From Octopus vulgaris (Eukaryota), in assembly GCA_951406725.2 (NCBI GenBank), contig OX597836.1, positions 2,108,001-2,172,000 of the forward strand: a stretch of 64,000 nucleotides of DNA, given 5' to 3'. A model generated the notes under the pieces. The model made no database searches and was not told the DNA's origin. It was given only the letters and a program-made list of their open reading frames with translations. This document shows positions 11,756-25,891 of this stretch, in pieces. How positions within the stretch are numbered: the first letter of the stretch is position 1; every line of letters starts with the position of its first letter. Position numbers and translations under genes: made by a program.

Positions 11756-14007
11756 TATACAAACACAGACACAGAGACAAACACACTCACACACATATAT
11801 ATCCATACATATATATATAAGGTTAGTTGAGCTAGAGGTTAAAATAACTGCACTGACTGATCAACCAAATAAATCATTGATGGCTGCATAAATTTCCAAC
11901 TTGGTTGATGTTTCAGATCACTGTTTACTCATTTATCTCCCCTTGACCATCAATATTTCTAAATGTCCAACTGGAATGAAAATTGTTTACTATTATCTTA
12001 ATATTTTTAATTTTTATTTTTGTTGACTTAAATGGATTTAGAACCCTTCTCTCCTTTTGTACAACCGCAAAATTCTCTAATTTTTATTATTTTATTAGTC
12101 TTATTTTATTTTATTTTACTGTATTTATATTTGTATAATTTTATTTTCAATTAAACGGTTTCGTACCCCTGATTACATATATCATTCCTCTATTTACCCC
12201 GGAGAATAATGGTTTATTAATACCCTGTCTATTGTTTTCAGATACTAACTGGTCAATTACATCTGGTGGTAGACCCTGGCCTACCTATTTCGGACAATAG
12301 CTGGATTGACTGAAACGCCTATTTGTAGTAAGTGAAAAATTCCATTAAATCGATAATCGATTTATTATGATAAATAATATTACTTAGAACACTAAACATA
12401 AAAATTATTACTAACAAATTATAGTATTTTTACTCCTCCTTTGACCTATCGTATTTGTGTAAATAGCTATTATTTTTCTAACCTATGCCCACCTAGGAAT
12501 ATCCCACAATAAACCCCTTATATTCTAAAATTTGGTCATTTACTCCTCGTGCAATGGCTCTACACGCAACATGACATGTCTCTCACCAAATTCAACATTT
12601 CCTTCTTCTTTTCTTGTTTCTTCTTTTTCTTTATTCATCTTCCACTCCGATGAAGCTCCATGATTGAGAACGGCTTTATTAACAACTATGGTAAATATTC
12701 TCTCAGCATCATAATGGTAATTACCAAGAACATTAGCAGCAGAAACTGGTATTAGATGGGATGAAGTCTTTTTCGAAGTTATTAATAAACATAACAATTG
12801 ATGCAAAATCAATTGCTGTTCATCAATGCTATCTCCATTTTCTGTCTTCTTTAAACTTAATATAAATTCCTTACTTACTATAATTTATTAGTTTCTTTCG
12901 CATATTCTTAGCTTATGCATGTGTATGCAAATATAGTATTGGTGTAGCCCATTTATGTTCATTAGAAATTAGATAAATAAAGAATTTTGACATGTACGAA
13001 TATTTATTCCCCACCACTGTATGTGTATGTATACATATAGGAATTTATCTATGTAGGCATGTGTATGTAAGTATGTATGTATGTATGTATATGTATGTAT
13101 GTATGTATGTACGTATGTATGTATGGATGGATGGATGGATGGATGGATGGATGGAGGGAGGGAGGGAGGGATATATATAAGCACACGCATGTGTATGTAT
13201 ATATACTCCGTTACCCTACCTGACGACTAAAACAAAAAAAACATTGTGAATTGAGTTGTACTGTAGCGGTGTCTAATAATGGTTTGGGAGTTTTTTAGTG
13301 CAAGCTTGCTTTTCCCTTCTGGCAACACGCGTTGAATATGTATACAATATCTCGTTAAATGCGTTAACACACAACAGGTGCAGGAGAAGATGCGTGTGGC
13401 CCTGTACATCATTTTGTTCCGAATGCCTGCCTAAAAAGTCATTACACACCGTTGCGGTAGTAATAGTATTATATCACGATTTTAATTTCAAGCCAGACGA
13501 TAACATCAAGCTCGGATCTTGTCATAAAATGCCCGAGTTTTATTCTTACTTTCCAAAATTTTAAGTTGAGAAACATTTTTACACGTAAGAGATCTGGTAT
13601 TTAAAAAATGTTTGTTGCGATTTCTTTATGTCTATTTCATTAAAAGAGAAAATTGCTCGACATTTCATGTGGTTTAAATTTTGGTATAGTTTAGATTCCC
13701 GTTGGTGAAACACTGTCTAGTCATCAATGATTCCAAAAGTAGTATATCCACAGCGGCGAAACATTATTTACCGTACAAGACAAAAGATGAATAAGTAAGA
13801 CAGATTTATATGTCGCCATATTGGGTTCCAGTATTTCCAGCAAGTTGCGATTGAATGTGGCTGAGCAAAATGAACACCGAAATGTAAACACATTCTACTA
13901 GCTTGTGTGTCTGTGTGTGTTTATACATACATGCATATATATATGTTTGTGTGTGTCTTTGTACATATATGTGTGTGAGTGTGAATGTAGGAATATATGT
14001 GCATATA

Positions 14008-14180
14008 AAGGGAAAGTTTACGAAAATAAACAAAAGACGAAGGCAGGTGGTGTACAAACAAACAAATGTGTTAGTATAGCGCTCAGGAATAGAAAAAGTA
14101 TTTTATGTTTCGAGCCTACGCTCTTCTACAGAAAGATACACAGAAAAAACAAGGGGAGAAAAAATGTGTGTGGTAGCTAT
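14008..14180 (-). mobile_element. Repeat family F (Penelope pLTR-like) carrying a degenerate hammerhead motif; other copies at 29710-29900 and 57373-57500
   Basis: 14008-14180 and 29710-29900 align (AGGTGGTGTACA...GAGCCTACGCTCTTC...AGAAAG). 57373-57500 is a diverged reverse copy. Confidence 0.7.
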
Positions 14181-14181
14181 A

Positions 14182-14223
<42 letters not shown>

Positions 14224-14511
14224 CAAGCATGCAAACATGTAGATATGAATATGTGTATATGGGACAGTCCATTCTGATGTGTGGTAACCTATAACCTACG
14301 GAATTCATCGGTCGAATTATTTAGGTAAATATTGTGTAAATATCTTGTGTTGTGCTATTCTAGATTTTCATTTCCAATCCTGATTGATTTCACCATTTCA
14401 CTGATTCTCCTCGCTATCCATAACGATATCGAACCTAGAATTTCTGTCGTCTGTTTTCATCGATATATTCTCCCATGATATGTGTATACTGGTATCACAT
14501 ATGAGAAAATA

Positions 14512-14790
14512 TTGGGTCATCCCATGAATAACGCGTTTTTTTCTTCTTCAATTGCATGAATTAAAATTCGGAGAGGGACGGAATAAATTACCTTCATCAA
14601 TTTGCTATGAAAGCAGTTAGTAATTACACCTTGTCCTGACGCTTACTGCAAGTTTTGAAGAGAGCAGTTCGATTTTAACAGTTATTTTTCAAAGATTTAA
14701 CAGAAGTGACAAAGGAACCTATTCGACAGATTTTGCTTTATGGATTCAAAAAAAAAAGCAACAAGACAACGGACACTGGGAAGAATACTG
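14512..14790 (+). mobile_element. 5' fragment of the same mariner family as 44402-45303
   Basis: TA followed by TIR TTGGGTCATCCCATGAATAACG. GAAGTGACAAAGGAACCTATTCGACAGATTTTGCTTTATG matches the transposase start at 44572. Confidence 0.85.
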
Positions 14791-14904
14791 ATACACTACA
14801 CTCATAAATTAAAAAAGAAAATGTTAATATTTCTCGATATAAATATATATACGTATATAAATTCCTCTGATTACCTAATATCGTGGTCTCATTCATTGGT
14901 TGCC

Positions 14905-14956
<52 letters not shown>

Positions 14957-14960
14957 TCTA

Positions 14961-15094
<134 letters not shown>

Positions 15095-15314
15095 GTGGTA
15101 GCTAGTGTGTTGCACCCACCATCGCCAGATCCTGATTTCAATTCCTGACTTTGTTAGAGCAAGTGAGTAAGTATACGGTACGACCATTTGCTCAACATAA
15201 TCAAATCATTTGTGCACGTCACTGTGCGCTCACATACATTCCTCGACTGGAGAATCCATTACGCACGCACGCACACACACACACACACGCACACACAGAT
15301 AGATAGATAGATAA

Positions 15315-15357
<43 letters not shown>

Positions 15358-15631
15358 CAGAAATATATATATTTTTGTTTGACTAAGTGTATATATATAT
15401 GTGGATCCAGTTGAAAATCTAGTCCATCGAGCTGATGAATACGGTGAGATAATGTATGATTCGGAAGAATAAAGCACAAATGAAAGGCCAGCTAAACAGA
15501 ATTCCCTTCCCATCTATAGATAATAGATACAGTTCTTGATATTTATCATAATGCACAGGCCACAAAATCCTTAAAAAGTCACACGCACAAACACACAAAG
15601 ACATACACACTCATACACACACATCCACATG

Positions 15632-15718
<87 letters not shown>

Positions 15719-16091
15719 GAAGGAGCTTCTACAGGACTAGTACTGTTTCATTCAAGAGAAATCTTCAATACATATATATGTGTGTATGTGTGTGTTTGTG
15801 TGTATGTGTGTGTAAACGCAACTGCCCTTAGTATGTAAATATGTTTGGCCATTCTCTTTTATAGGCAGATAATAAGAAATTTCCATGGCTGCTGAAACGT
15901 CCCTGCCTCTCCTTTCTTTCTCTAACTGTGATCATATTTTACGTTCATACAAACATACACACATGCATAGTTACATAAATATACCCACACGAACATACAT
16001 TCATTCATATATACATACATACATACACACAGAAAGACACATATATGTATATCTATACATACATATATATATATACATATTTATATATATA

Positions 16092-16218
<127 letters not shown>

Positions 16219-16714
16219 TTATATATATATGTCTATACGACATATTTATATGTAGTATATATAGATTTGAAATGTGTGCATGTGCGTGTGTGTATGTGCG
16301 TGTCTTTGTGTGTGCCACTGTGTTTGTGGGTATGTGTGTGTGTTTGGCCTTCTGCTTATAACATTAATATAATCTGTGTTTGTAAAGAATTTTAGCATAA
16401 TGGCGCATCATCAAAAAAGGGATGCAAAGTATGATATACTCTTCAAATAAAATTTAATATTCTATCGCTCGTGTGTAATTTCTTTTTTCCTAAAATGTTT
16501 GTAAATATACAGAGCAGGTAACTCTTTCATATATACCCCTATATAAATCGTAATCTCTCCATCGAAGCACATTTACGACCTAATCTTTGTATGATCTGTT
16601 GCGCATTCGCTTACACTCAGGTATATTTTTTCGTGCGCCTTCTTTCGCTCATTCATTCCGTCACAATTTCTACACTTGCACGCACGCACGCACGAACGAA
16701 CGCACGCATGGACG

Positions 16715-16789
<75 letters not shown>

Positions 16790-17257
16790 ATAAACACATA
16801 CACTGTGGGAAACGAAGACAAACGCACATACATATTTATAACTTCATATGTATATATTGTTACATGCATAAAATATATATGACGGTACATGTCTGTATAC
16901 AAGTATGCATATACATTTTAACTCAAATTATACATCGCAACATATGAATATAGAAACGCGCATAGTTATACGTACACACACATATACACACTCATATCTA
17001 CACACACTGATATATAGTGTGTGAGCATGGATACATTTATATGTGTACGTTTTTACTTGCATATATATATATATATACATACACAAACATGCATATAGAC
17101 AGCTAGATACATAGTGAGATAGCTAGATAGTAAAAGTAGGACCTTCCAGAACGCCATATTTAAGGGTTAACTATAATTCATACGGGCAAGAATATTTCCC
17201 TTCCTTTTTTACCCACCTCATCATAATCAGACAAACACGTTCTTAAGCGCGCGCGCG

Positions 17258-17294
<37 letters not shown>

Positions 17295-17434
17295 GAAGAA
17301 GCGTATTTAACTCATGCAGCACAACGTAAAATAACGTCATTGTCTGCATGTGTCCACATATATACATATTCATATGTATGTCTGTATATACATATATATG
17401 TATATATATATACATACATACATCAATATATGTG

Positions 17435-17495
<61 letters not shown>

Positions 17496-17551
17496 AGGAA
17501 TTGCTCCAAGCGTACACCGAGCTTGCTCACATACGTATGCATACACACATT

Positions 17552-17583
<32 letters not shown>

Positions 17584-18389
17584 CTATATGTATACATATA
17601 TACGCAGTACACACACATTACGCACACACGCATATAACGCTGTACACACGTATATATCTTTTCATCTCAAATTTCATATTTACATTTCGCTTGGCCCATT
17701 AATACATTGAGATCCGAATACTTCCAAAGAATTACTGCAGATACATGCGTTTTTGTTATATAATATTTACACCAGGATAATTTCCTACGTGTACATATAT
17801 GTGTGTGTTTCGGTGACTGTGTGTGTGTGTGTGTTTGCCGTGTGTGTATGTGTGCGTGTGATTGTACGTGTGTGCGATTGTCTTTACAGCGCGTTTCTAC
17901 AGTATGTGTATGTGTGTGTGCGTTCAATTGATCGATATGAGAGTGTTTTATAGCGTATATTTTTCAGTGTATGTTATGTAATTATATGATTACACATCAG
18001 AGGCCTAGAATGTACATCGCATGTGAGTGTGTGGGCCAATACATACATACATACATACATACACACACGAACACACACGCATATATATGTGTGTGTATGT
18101 GCGTGTGTGTATGTGTGTGTGTGTGTATGTGTGTGTATGTAATCTCTTTGAACTCTTTAAATATCCGAACACTATTCATATTGCTGAAATTACGTCAGGA
18201 TTTACTCAAGCAAAAGAGATAACTACAAATTAATAGAAAAGTTAAGAGGAAGTAATAACCATTTATATGGAAGCCATAGACACACACACGCACACACACA
18301 CACACACATGTTTACATGTGAAAAGATATATATACGTATATGTATCTATATGCATCTAAATACATGCGTGGCTATCTAGACATGCTCTC

Positions 18390-18516
<127 letters not shown>

Positions 18517-19169
18517 CGGAGAGAGAGAGAGGTTGAGGGCGTAAGAGGGGGATGGATAAATAGATAGACAGACAGATAGATAAGGATAGATAGATTTGTA
18601 CGGAGGTAATATGTTCATCGGAATTTACGGCAGAATCAGCGAGAGACTACGTCTTGTCGTTCTCTCTTCTAGTGAGGCCATCATTAGAATGCAGCCCTTA
18701 TTTCCTTCCGATATCGCTAATATAAATTTCCTGTCAAATACTGCTTTCAATGATATTCTGTGCCTACGAAACATCCTAGATATGCATGCGTTTGTCATCA
18801 TTTTTTCAAGGCATTTATGAGAATGTTTTATTGGAGCAATCCTGAATAGAGATTCAGTTGTCTATCGGAATACAGATGCGACCGATCGAGCGAATCAGGG
18901 CTCAGGTTCTCAACTACAAGATCAACATCTCCGTTAATGGAACGCCATGTAAAATATGTTTATTTATCTGTATATTGCTAGTTGAAAGCTTTGGGAATGT
19001 TACCCTCTTAATTTATCGTCTTATATCTAACATACAGTTCATTGTTAATATTATTAGCAATAGATATGTCTTGAGCTAGCACACTTGTCACTCCCCTTAG
19101 ACAAATAACTTGCAGTATTTTTCGCGACTTTATTAATAAAGCAGCAAATACATCACAAAAACGGTGTCT

Positions 19170-19365
19170 CAGAGTTACATGTTCTCCTTCCTCGGACAGT
19201 TTTGGTTGAGAAAAACTCTCCAACGAACGGGAACGTGAAACTCTGAGCAAGAGATACTGATCTGTATTTGTAGCTTTATTAATAAAGCATGCTAATTTAC
19301 CTCCTATATTCAAGTATTATTTTTTGCCACCTTGTTTCACATTTATATGCTTCCTCTGGTATATA
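19170..19365 (+). mobile_element. Penelope-like terminal repeat remnant with an inactivated hammerhead (19216-19253)
   Basis: CUCU-CCAACGA-ACG(GGAA)CGU-GAAA-CUC(U)GAG-CA-AGAG followed by TTAATAAAGCA. All three helices are intact but the core is mutated. Confidence 0.5.
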
Positions 19366-19518
19366 TACAACACTCAACACATTTATTGGGAGTTATATGT
19401 ATGGAAGAAAACAATTGGCTTCTTCAAAAAGCTTGAGGTTTATCTTCAGGCATTTTGAATTTGATTAGCCCGAAGCTTGAAAACTGGGGTACCAACGAGT
19501 TGGAATGAAACTGTTTTG

Positions 19519-19559
<41 letters not shown>

Positions 19560-19567
19560 TATAATGT

Positions 19568-19646
<79 letters not shown>

Positions 19647-19662
19647 TATATATATATATGTA

Positions 19663-19696
<34 letters not shown>

Positions 19697-19739
19697 TACA
19701 TCATATATATATATATATGATGTATATATGTCTATACAT

Positions 19740-19806
<67 letters not shown>

Positions 19807-20414
19807 ATTTGTGTATTCACAAAGATTTGTCAATTAATTAAGAACAACTGATTTAGCAATCTTTAAATTATAGAGGAAAATAACATTTTGTCTTTTCCTT
19901 TATGAGTGTAGTGTATCAGTTGTTTCCGCTCTCCGACAGAATACAGACTTCCCATATAAGAACCGTTTATGTAGGAATTAAAATATTTCGAGTGAACAGA
20001 TCTGGAGTAAATTGCATTATGAATAAACACCTGTGCATATATAACAAAATTACCGTTGAAGGCAATTACGCTACTCGAAGTGAATATCCAGCATGGAAAC
20101 CATCATCGACTGGCTTAAAGCACCATCGTGTATGAAATGCGATCAAATCAATTGACAATAAGCAACAGGGTATCGGTCGCAGCTTGGTTTCTCGAAATGC
20201 TACAGGATAACTGATAAATCGTAACTCATCCTCTTGAAAACAATAATAAAAAAAAACACACTGGATTGTCTGAGATACGCGATACATGTTAAATTATGGG
20301 TAAGGAAGGATCGAATATTTTTGTGCCCATTTCTGACTCTATGCCGCATGAATGTAGTTTCGGGGTCAAATATCAAGAACACTTGGTTTTTGTCTTGGTG
20401 TAGGATATACCTGC

Positions 20415-20555
20415 ACTGAACACATCCTACGTACAGCACTCTCAAAACAGTGAAAGCAAGAGTACCAAAACAAACCATAGCAGCTACTCAAGGATCGCAG
20501 TGTTGCGCTCGGTAGTGCAGTGAAAGTACGTTATGAAAATAAGAAAGTTGCATAA
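20415..20555 (+). mobile_element. 3' terminal fragment of the R4/Dong-type LINE
   Basis: CACATCCTAC...GCAC...CAAACCA...CGCTCGGTAGTGCAGT.AAAG.ACG.TAT matches 50404-50520. Confidence 0.8.
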
Positions 20556-20629
20556 AAATAAGTTGAGACGTGACGTATCTCATTACACAGGAACTTGTTG
20601 CACGATATTTGAGATGGCAGCTTACTTAC

Positions 20630-20731
20630 GGAGGGACTAACATCAGCGGTTACTTTCGGAGCAGAATACGAGCTTGTAATCCGCGCCGTCACCAACTTCA
20701 GTACGATTTCCATGGGGGACAATGACGACAT
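20630..20731 (-). CDS. Candidate coding portion of a minus-strand exon (MSSLSPMEIVLKLVTARITSSYSAPKVTADVSPS, phase-0 donor)
   Basis: Unique, GC-richer island. Pyrimidine tract plus CAG acceptor (exon start 20877 or 20853) and CC|GTAAGT donor at 20629. No homology recognised. Confidence 0.25.
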
Positions 20732-21393
20732 ACAAGCCTTCACGATTGAACAAAACTACTAAATTCTCCTCCAAATGCACCCTCAAAGATAAATCATGAA
20801 GTCTTTCCGCAGGTTCCAAGACTGACCCCATAACTCAACTGGTCTTCTTTCGGCTGTCAAAGTAAATTGAATAGTTTCTGTGTAGCAGAGATGAAAACAA
20901 AAATAATATCAGTTGAAGCAATCGAGACATAGCATGCAAGCTGCACTTCAAATTTCAACACTTGTCTAACGAACGAAGTTTAAGATATTTCCAGGATATT
21001 GATTTTCAAGAAATCTAGTTAAATTCTGTGAATGACCAGAAAGCTGAGGTGAAAGAAGAAAAAATTAGAGACATTCGAAATAGGCTGCACATAGAGGAAA
21101 TAAAAGAAAATTGGATGTAAAAGATTTTTGTGCATTCTTGAGAAGCAAAATATCAGGTTCCCATTGTAGCTGTTGACGTACAAGCATACATACGCCTGCA
21201 CACACACACACTCACACATTCCCCATACATACATATATATATGTGTGCGTATGGAAAGCGGAGGAGAGAGAGCAAGAGATCTAACACCTTCATATATACA
21301 TGATAATGTATATGAAATATGCATGTTGTCTATATATATATATATACATATATGGAAATAATATATAAGTGAGCAACAAAGAGGTACAGTTGC

Positions 21394-21484
21394 GAATCCC
21401 TTACGGCCGTTTCGAATGACTACTTTAATTGATTAATCAAAACATTACGTCATTGTAAAGAAACCGTTTTCGTCAGATGGATTC
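21394..21484 (-). ncRNA. Type-I hammerhead ribozyme motif (Penelope-type)
   Basis: Minus strand reads GAAUCCAU-CUGACGA-[long imperfect helix II]-GAAA-CGGCCG-UA/AGGGAUUC. The core is canonical, the cleavage triplet is GUA, helix I pairs 7 of 8, and helix III is palindromic (ACGGCCGU). Confidence 0.8.
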
Positions 21485-22082
21485 ATGAACTTCAAAATAA
21501 AAAACATGCAGAAAGATTTCACATAGTTTAAAATCCATGGAACAAAATCATTTACAGTGATCCTGCTACTATTTCAGTTGACAGAATGGATTTACCAGAA
21601 TAATGTATATTAGATCAGAACTGGAATTTAGGGGTTAGTAGAGGTTTTAGGAAGGAATAATGGACACCAGTGACCCAATTATTAATACTTCTAACAAGAG
21701 AGGAGGGCGCGGCACCAATAATCTAAATTTATTTATTAAGCAGTTGTTTAATAACTACTGGTCAGTGGTAAGAAAATATTCGTAAATAGTTGTGATATAA
21801 AGTACATATCTGAATGGCTAAGGGCGAATTTCTTCACTCAGATGGGTCTAATTGTCTATATACACTACAAGAACATCATTCGGATACAGATTAGAAATTC
21901 AGACACAGTAAGAAGTATTTCGGTGATATTTATAACATGAGTTGATAAGTGTATGATAAAATAAACTTTCATGGCGGTGACATTTCAATCATGTCTGCCG
22001 TCTGTCTAAGTATTGTCGCAAAAATATATCAACTTAAATAGAGTCAATCGGAGATAGACATTGGAAGTAAGTATTATATATA

Positions 22083-22148
<66 letters not shown>

Positions 22149-22519
22149 AAAATAAATCTCTGAGCGAGGTATAAACGGTAGCTGCAACACATCGTGAAGC
22201 ATATTTGCCATTTAAATATGACTAGCCCCCTAAGCGTGGATGCTAGTGTAGCTTGTAGCCCCAGGAGGACACCTCCTCCATCTGGCTATAGACACACGTT
22301 CTGTGCCCTATCAGTATTTGCAAAGGGAAGCCATCCTTCTCGTCTTCAACCTATGATACACACGGACTCGATTTTCTGAGTATTGACCCGTCGTCAGCGT
22401 GTGACAATTATGGTTTCTCTTATTTATAGGCTTGTAGCCTGAATATAGAAAGAACGTTACAATCACATACAAACAATACAAAATTTGGGGTACATAAATC
22501 AAATAATAAATACGAGATG

Positions 22520-22762
22520 AGTTCAGTTGAGTCAATGTTATGTCTGACTCTCTCCATCTATTTTGATTTTCCTCTGTCTTAGTGTTTATCTTTGGTTTAG
22601 ACTCTATTTCACTTTGCTTATCAGTTACATTCACTCTTTCTTTCATTATTGCATCTTCATCAGACCCGGGTTGCTCACTAATTATTTCATCTGTAGTATC
22701 TTCTTCAGCTGCAACTTCGTTTCTTATATCCATTAATGATTGTTTAATTTCGTCAACCTCTA
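22520..22762 (-). mobile_element. Acidic ORF fragment abutting (TAA)n, possibly the N-terminal region of an R4/Dong-type ORF
   Basis: LEVDEIKQSLMDIRNEVAAEEDTTDEII... begins immediately after the (TAA)n tract at 22762-22946 on the minus strand. The family assignment is weak. Confidence 0.35.
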
Positions 22763-22816
<54 letters not shown>

Positions 22817-22825
22817 ATTATTATA

Positions 22826-22948
<123 letters not shown>

Positions 22949-23039
22949 ATACCTTCGTTATACGATGATTTGGTAGAGCTTATAAATCAGCAACGGCACA
23001 TGAAACCGACATCACAGCGTAATAATAATAATATAATTC

Positions 23040-23560
23040 GATCGCCAGATAATTTAAATCCCCCCTTGACGTACTCTACTAGCTATAAAGATACTCTTTG
23101 ACATTTTCAGGCAGGAAAGTATTGTTTCGTTAGCATTAGAGTCTTCCTCTCACGGATTCGGACACTTACTCAATTATTAAACCAGTTCTGTTACAATTTT
23201 ATCAACAGTTTTCTCTGTTCAAGACCCAGTTTTTGCTAATTAGTTGGATATAGAAATAGCTTTAGTATTCCAAGATCTAAATCGTTAATTAATAGTTGAT
23301 TAATGTTAATGTAGTTACAATTATTCTTTTTCTCGCATTGTCAACTTTCTGTCTGTAAAGCTTTCACGGCTTATCTTCTCTCTCGTTTCATTCACTTCTT
23401 ATAAAGATTTGAGTCGTGTGTAATAAATTGCTCGGTATTCTTCTGTCGAATAGTTTCCTTGTTAGAACTGACTTCATATTTTGATCAGAAATCTTAGACA
23501 GATCGATTTTTTGGGATAGTGTGAATCTGACATTTAAAACATATTCAATTTGAAAAGTAC
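23040..23560 (-). mobile_element. Highly decayed LINE reverse-transcriptase fragment (RTE/RTEX-like)
   Basis: Minus-strand remnant RVRQG (RT motif B-like) near 23060-23080, with upstream KLGL- and QGNY-like remnants. Many disruptions. Confidence 0.35.
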
Positions 23561-23790
23561 TTAATAAAAAGCAAAATATAGCATAAATGTAGATGCTAAA
23601 TTAATATAAGGTATATATTATCTTCGCAGAAGTGAAATGAAAATAAACAGCAGTGAAAATGTAAAACATAAACGGAAATTACGTGGCGACGGTTTGACAT
23701 TTCTAAACAAAATAACTTCGACTCGAACTAAAATGGAGGTACAGTAACACCGCGCAGTGTGTTCGGTGAAAAAAATTATACATACATACA

Positions 23791-23930
<140 letters not shown>

Positions 23931-24487
23931 TATATGGGGTGCTGAATTCTCCCTATATCTATGGTGTGCATGGTTGTGTGTGTCTACGTGTATGTGTGTT
24001 TGTGAGTGTATACATATACATACAGAGGCATATACGCACACACACGCACACACACATATGCACACATGTAGTGATCTGTTTAATGTCACAGGGAGGAAAA
24101 AAACTTCATTATTTAAAATGACTTAATTGGAGATGGAAAATATATGCTAGTTCAGAATTGTTGGCAGCTCGAAATAAAAAAAAAAGGGTCGTTAATTTAT
24201 ACGAAGAAATAAGATTGTTAATTTAAATATAGTTAATATTGTAAACGAGAAAACTTTCCTTATACGCAAGTGACATATATGAATATATTTCTGGGAATAT
24301 AGACATGACGAACGCACAATATCAAAACTGCGGTATCAGGAACTAGTGATATTAGTAAAAGTCAATTTAAATATTCTTCTAATAATGATTCACGTATTTG
24401 TGAAAATACGCCAAGAATATTTAGCAACTCCGCGTGTTTGTTCATATTTTCGATTTTCATATATCTTCATTCAAAATTTAAGTCAAC

Positions 24488-24551
<64 letters not shown>

Positions 24552-24713
24552 ATACAATAGGATATAACGATAAATTAATACATTATGACATATATATCCA
24601 CACACATACATACACATTCACACACATACACACAAACACACACGCGAAACACAAACGCGCGCGCCTGTGTGTGTACATATATAAATAAGTATGATTATAT
24701 CTATATATCTTTA

Positions 24714-24748
<35 letters not shown>

Positions 24749-25284
24749 ACGCTTGGGCATTTCCGATGTGTTTTTGTATTTGTAATAAGATAACTAAATG
24801 CAAATAGAAGAGGAAGCGATATGGAAGAGTGAAATAATATCGCAACTGTTAAAGATATCTCATTGGTGAGATTTATACATCGCGTTCTTTGGAGATTGGA
24901 TGGTGTGTGATAAGGTGCGTTGAGAGCTGTGCGAAATATAATCCCATTAAATAGGATTATGTAAATGATTTATAAGATGATGTTTCATATAGATTTGAGT
25001 TAAATATACAATTTATGAAGAGAGAATAAAGGGGAAAAACAAAATATATGGAATGATATATTGAAAAATATGAAAGTCTGTAGCGAAATTGTAGAAACCC
25101 AACGAAATAATAATAAGGAATTCAAACCCAGAAGATTTATGTAGAGCGAATTTTCATATATTTATTGAATTTACTTCGCAAAGACTTCCATATATCGCTC
25201 AGACGCATTGTGCCTTTTTTTCAAGTAATGCTTTTAAATCTAATCCAAGGTTAACCGCAGTATCGTGAGTAGAATTTCGATGGC

Positions 25285-25462
25285 TGTTATGTCGCAATAC
25301 TACACAGCGGCTGTGTAAGCTACGCAATCCTCGTCGCCACTGTTATGTCGCACGTTCGGATGCCTCTACTACTCAACTCTTCTCTCTATTACTCTAGTCT
25401 ACTTCCTCTATATCTACGTATTGGGCTAGCCTACTTCATCGTCTGGGGGCGTCCACACAACA
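25285..25462 (-). mobile_element. Miniature or internally deleted LTR retrotransposon (Gypsy Mag-like) with a 5-bp TSD
   Basis: ATGGC on both sides (25280-25284, 25463-25467). Minus-strand LTR TGTTGTGT...ACATAACA (25462-25341), PBS TGGCGACGAGGAT (25339-25327), and a second LTR end TGCGACATAACA (25296-25285). Confidence 0.85.
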
Positions 25463-25589
25463 ATGGCAAAAGCTTGGTATAAAATATATCTTTGAGTGTC
25501 CTTGTTCATTTGTAAAATTTCGTGCTGTAGTGCCTCTTTCGTATCAGTTTTCGTAAAGATATTCCTATAAATTAGAGGAATACATCCAT

Positions 25590-25702
25590 CGCCGAAATTT
25601 GGGAATAAGGCCGCTAGTTTGAATTACAACGTCACCAGTGTCTAAGTGGTAATTATTTTATCGACCCCGAGAGGATGAATGACAAAGTCGACCTCGGTGG
25701 AT
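25590..25702 (-). mobile_element. SINE family A fragment
   Basis: TTTTATCGACCCCGAGAGGATGAATGACAAAGTCGACCTCGGTGGA is the reverse complement of the family A core. Confidence 0.8.
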
Positions 25703-25810
25703 ATATATATATATAAAACTAGTGCACACACATATTTATTATATATATTATATATATAGATATACATATATATTTACACATGGACATATATATATACATA
25801 TATATTATAC

Positions 25811-25891
<81 letters not shown>

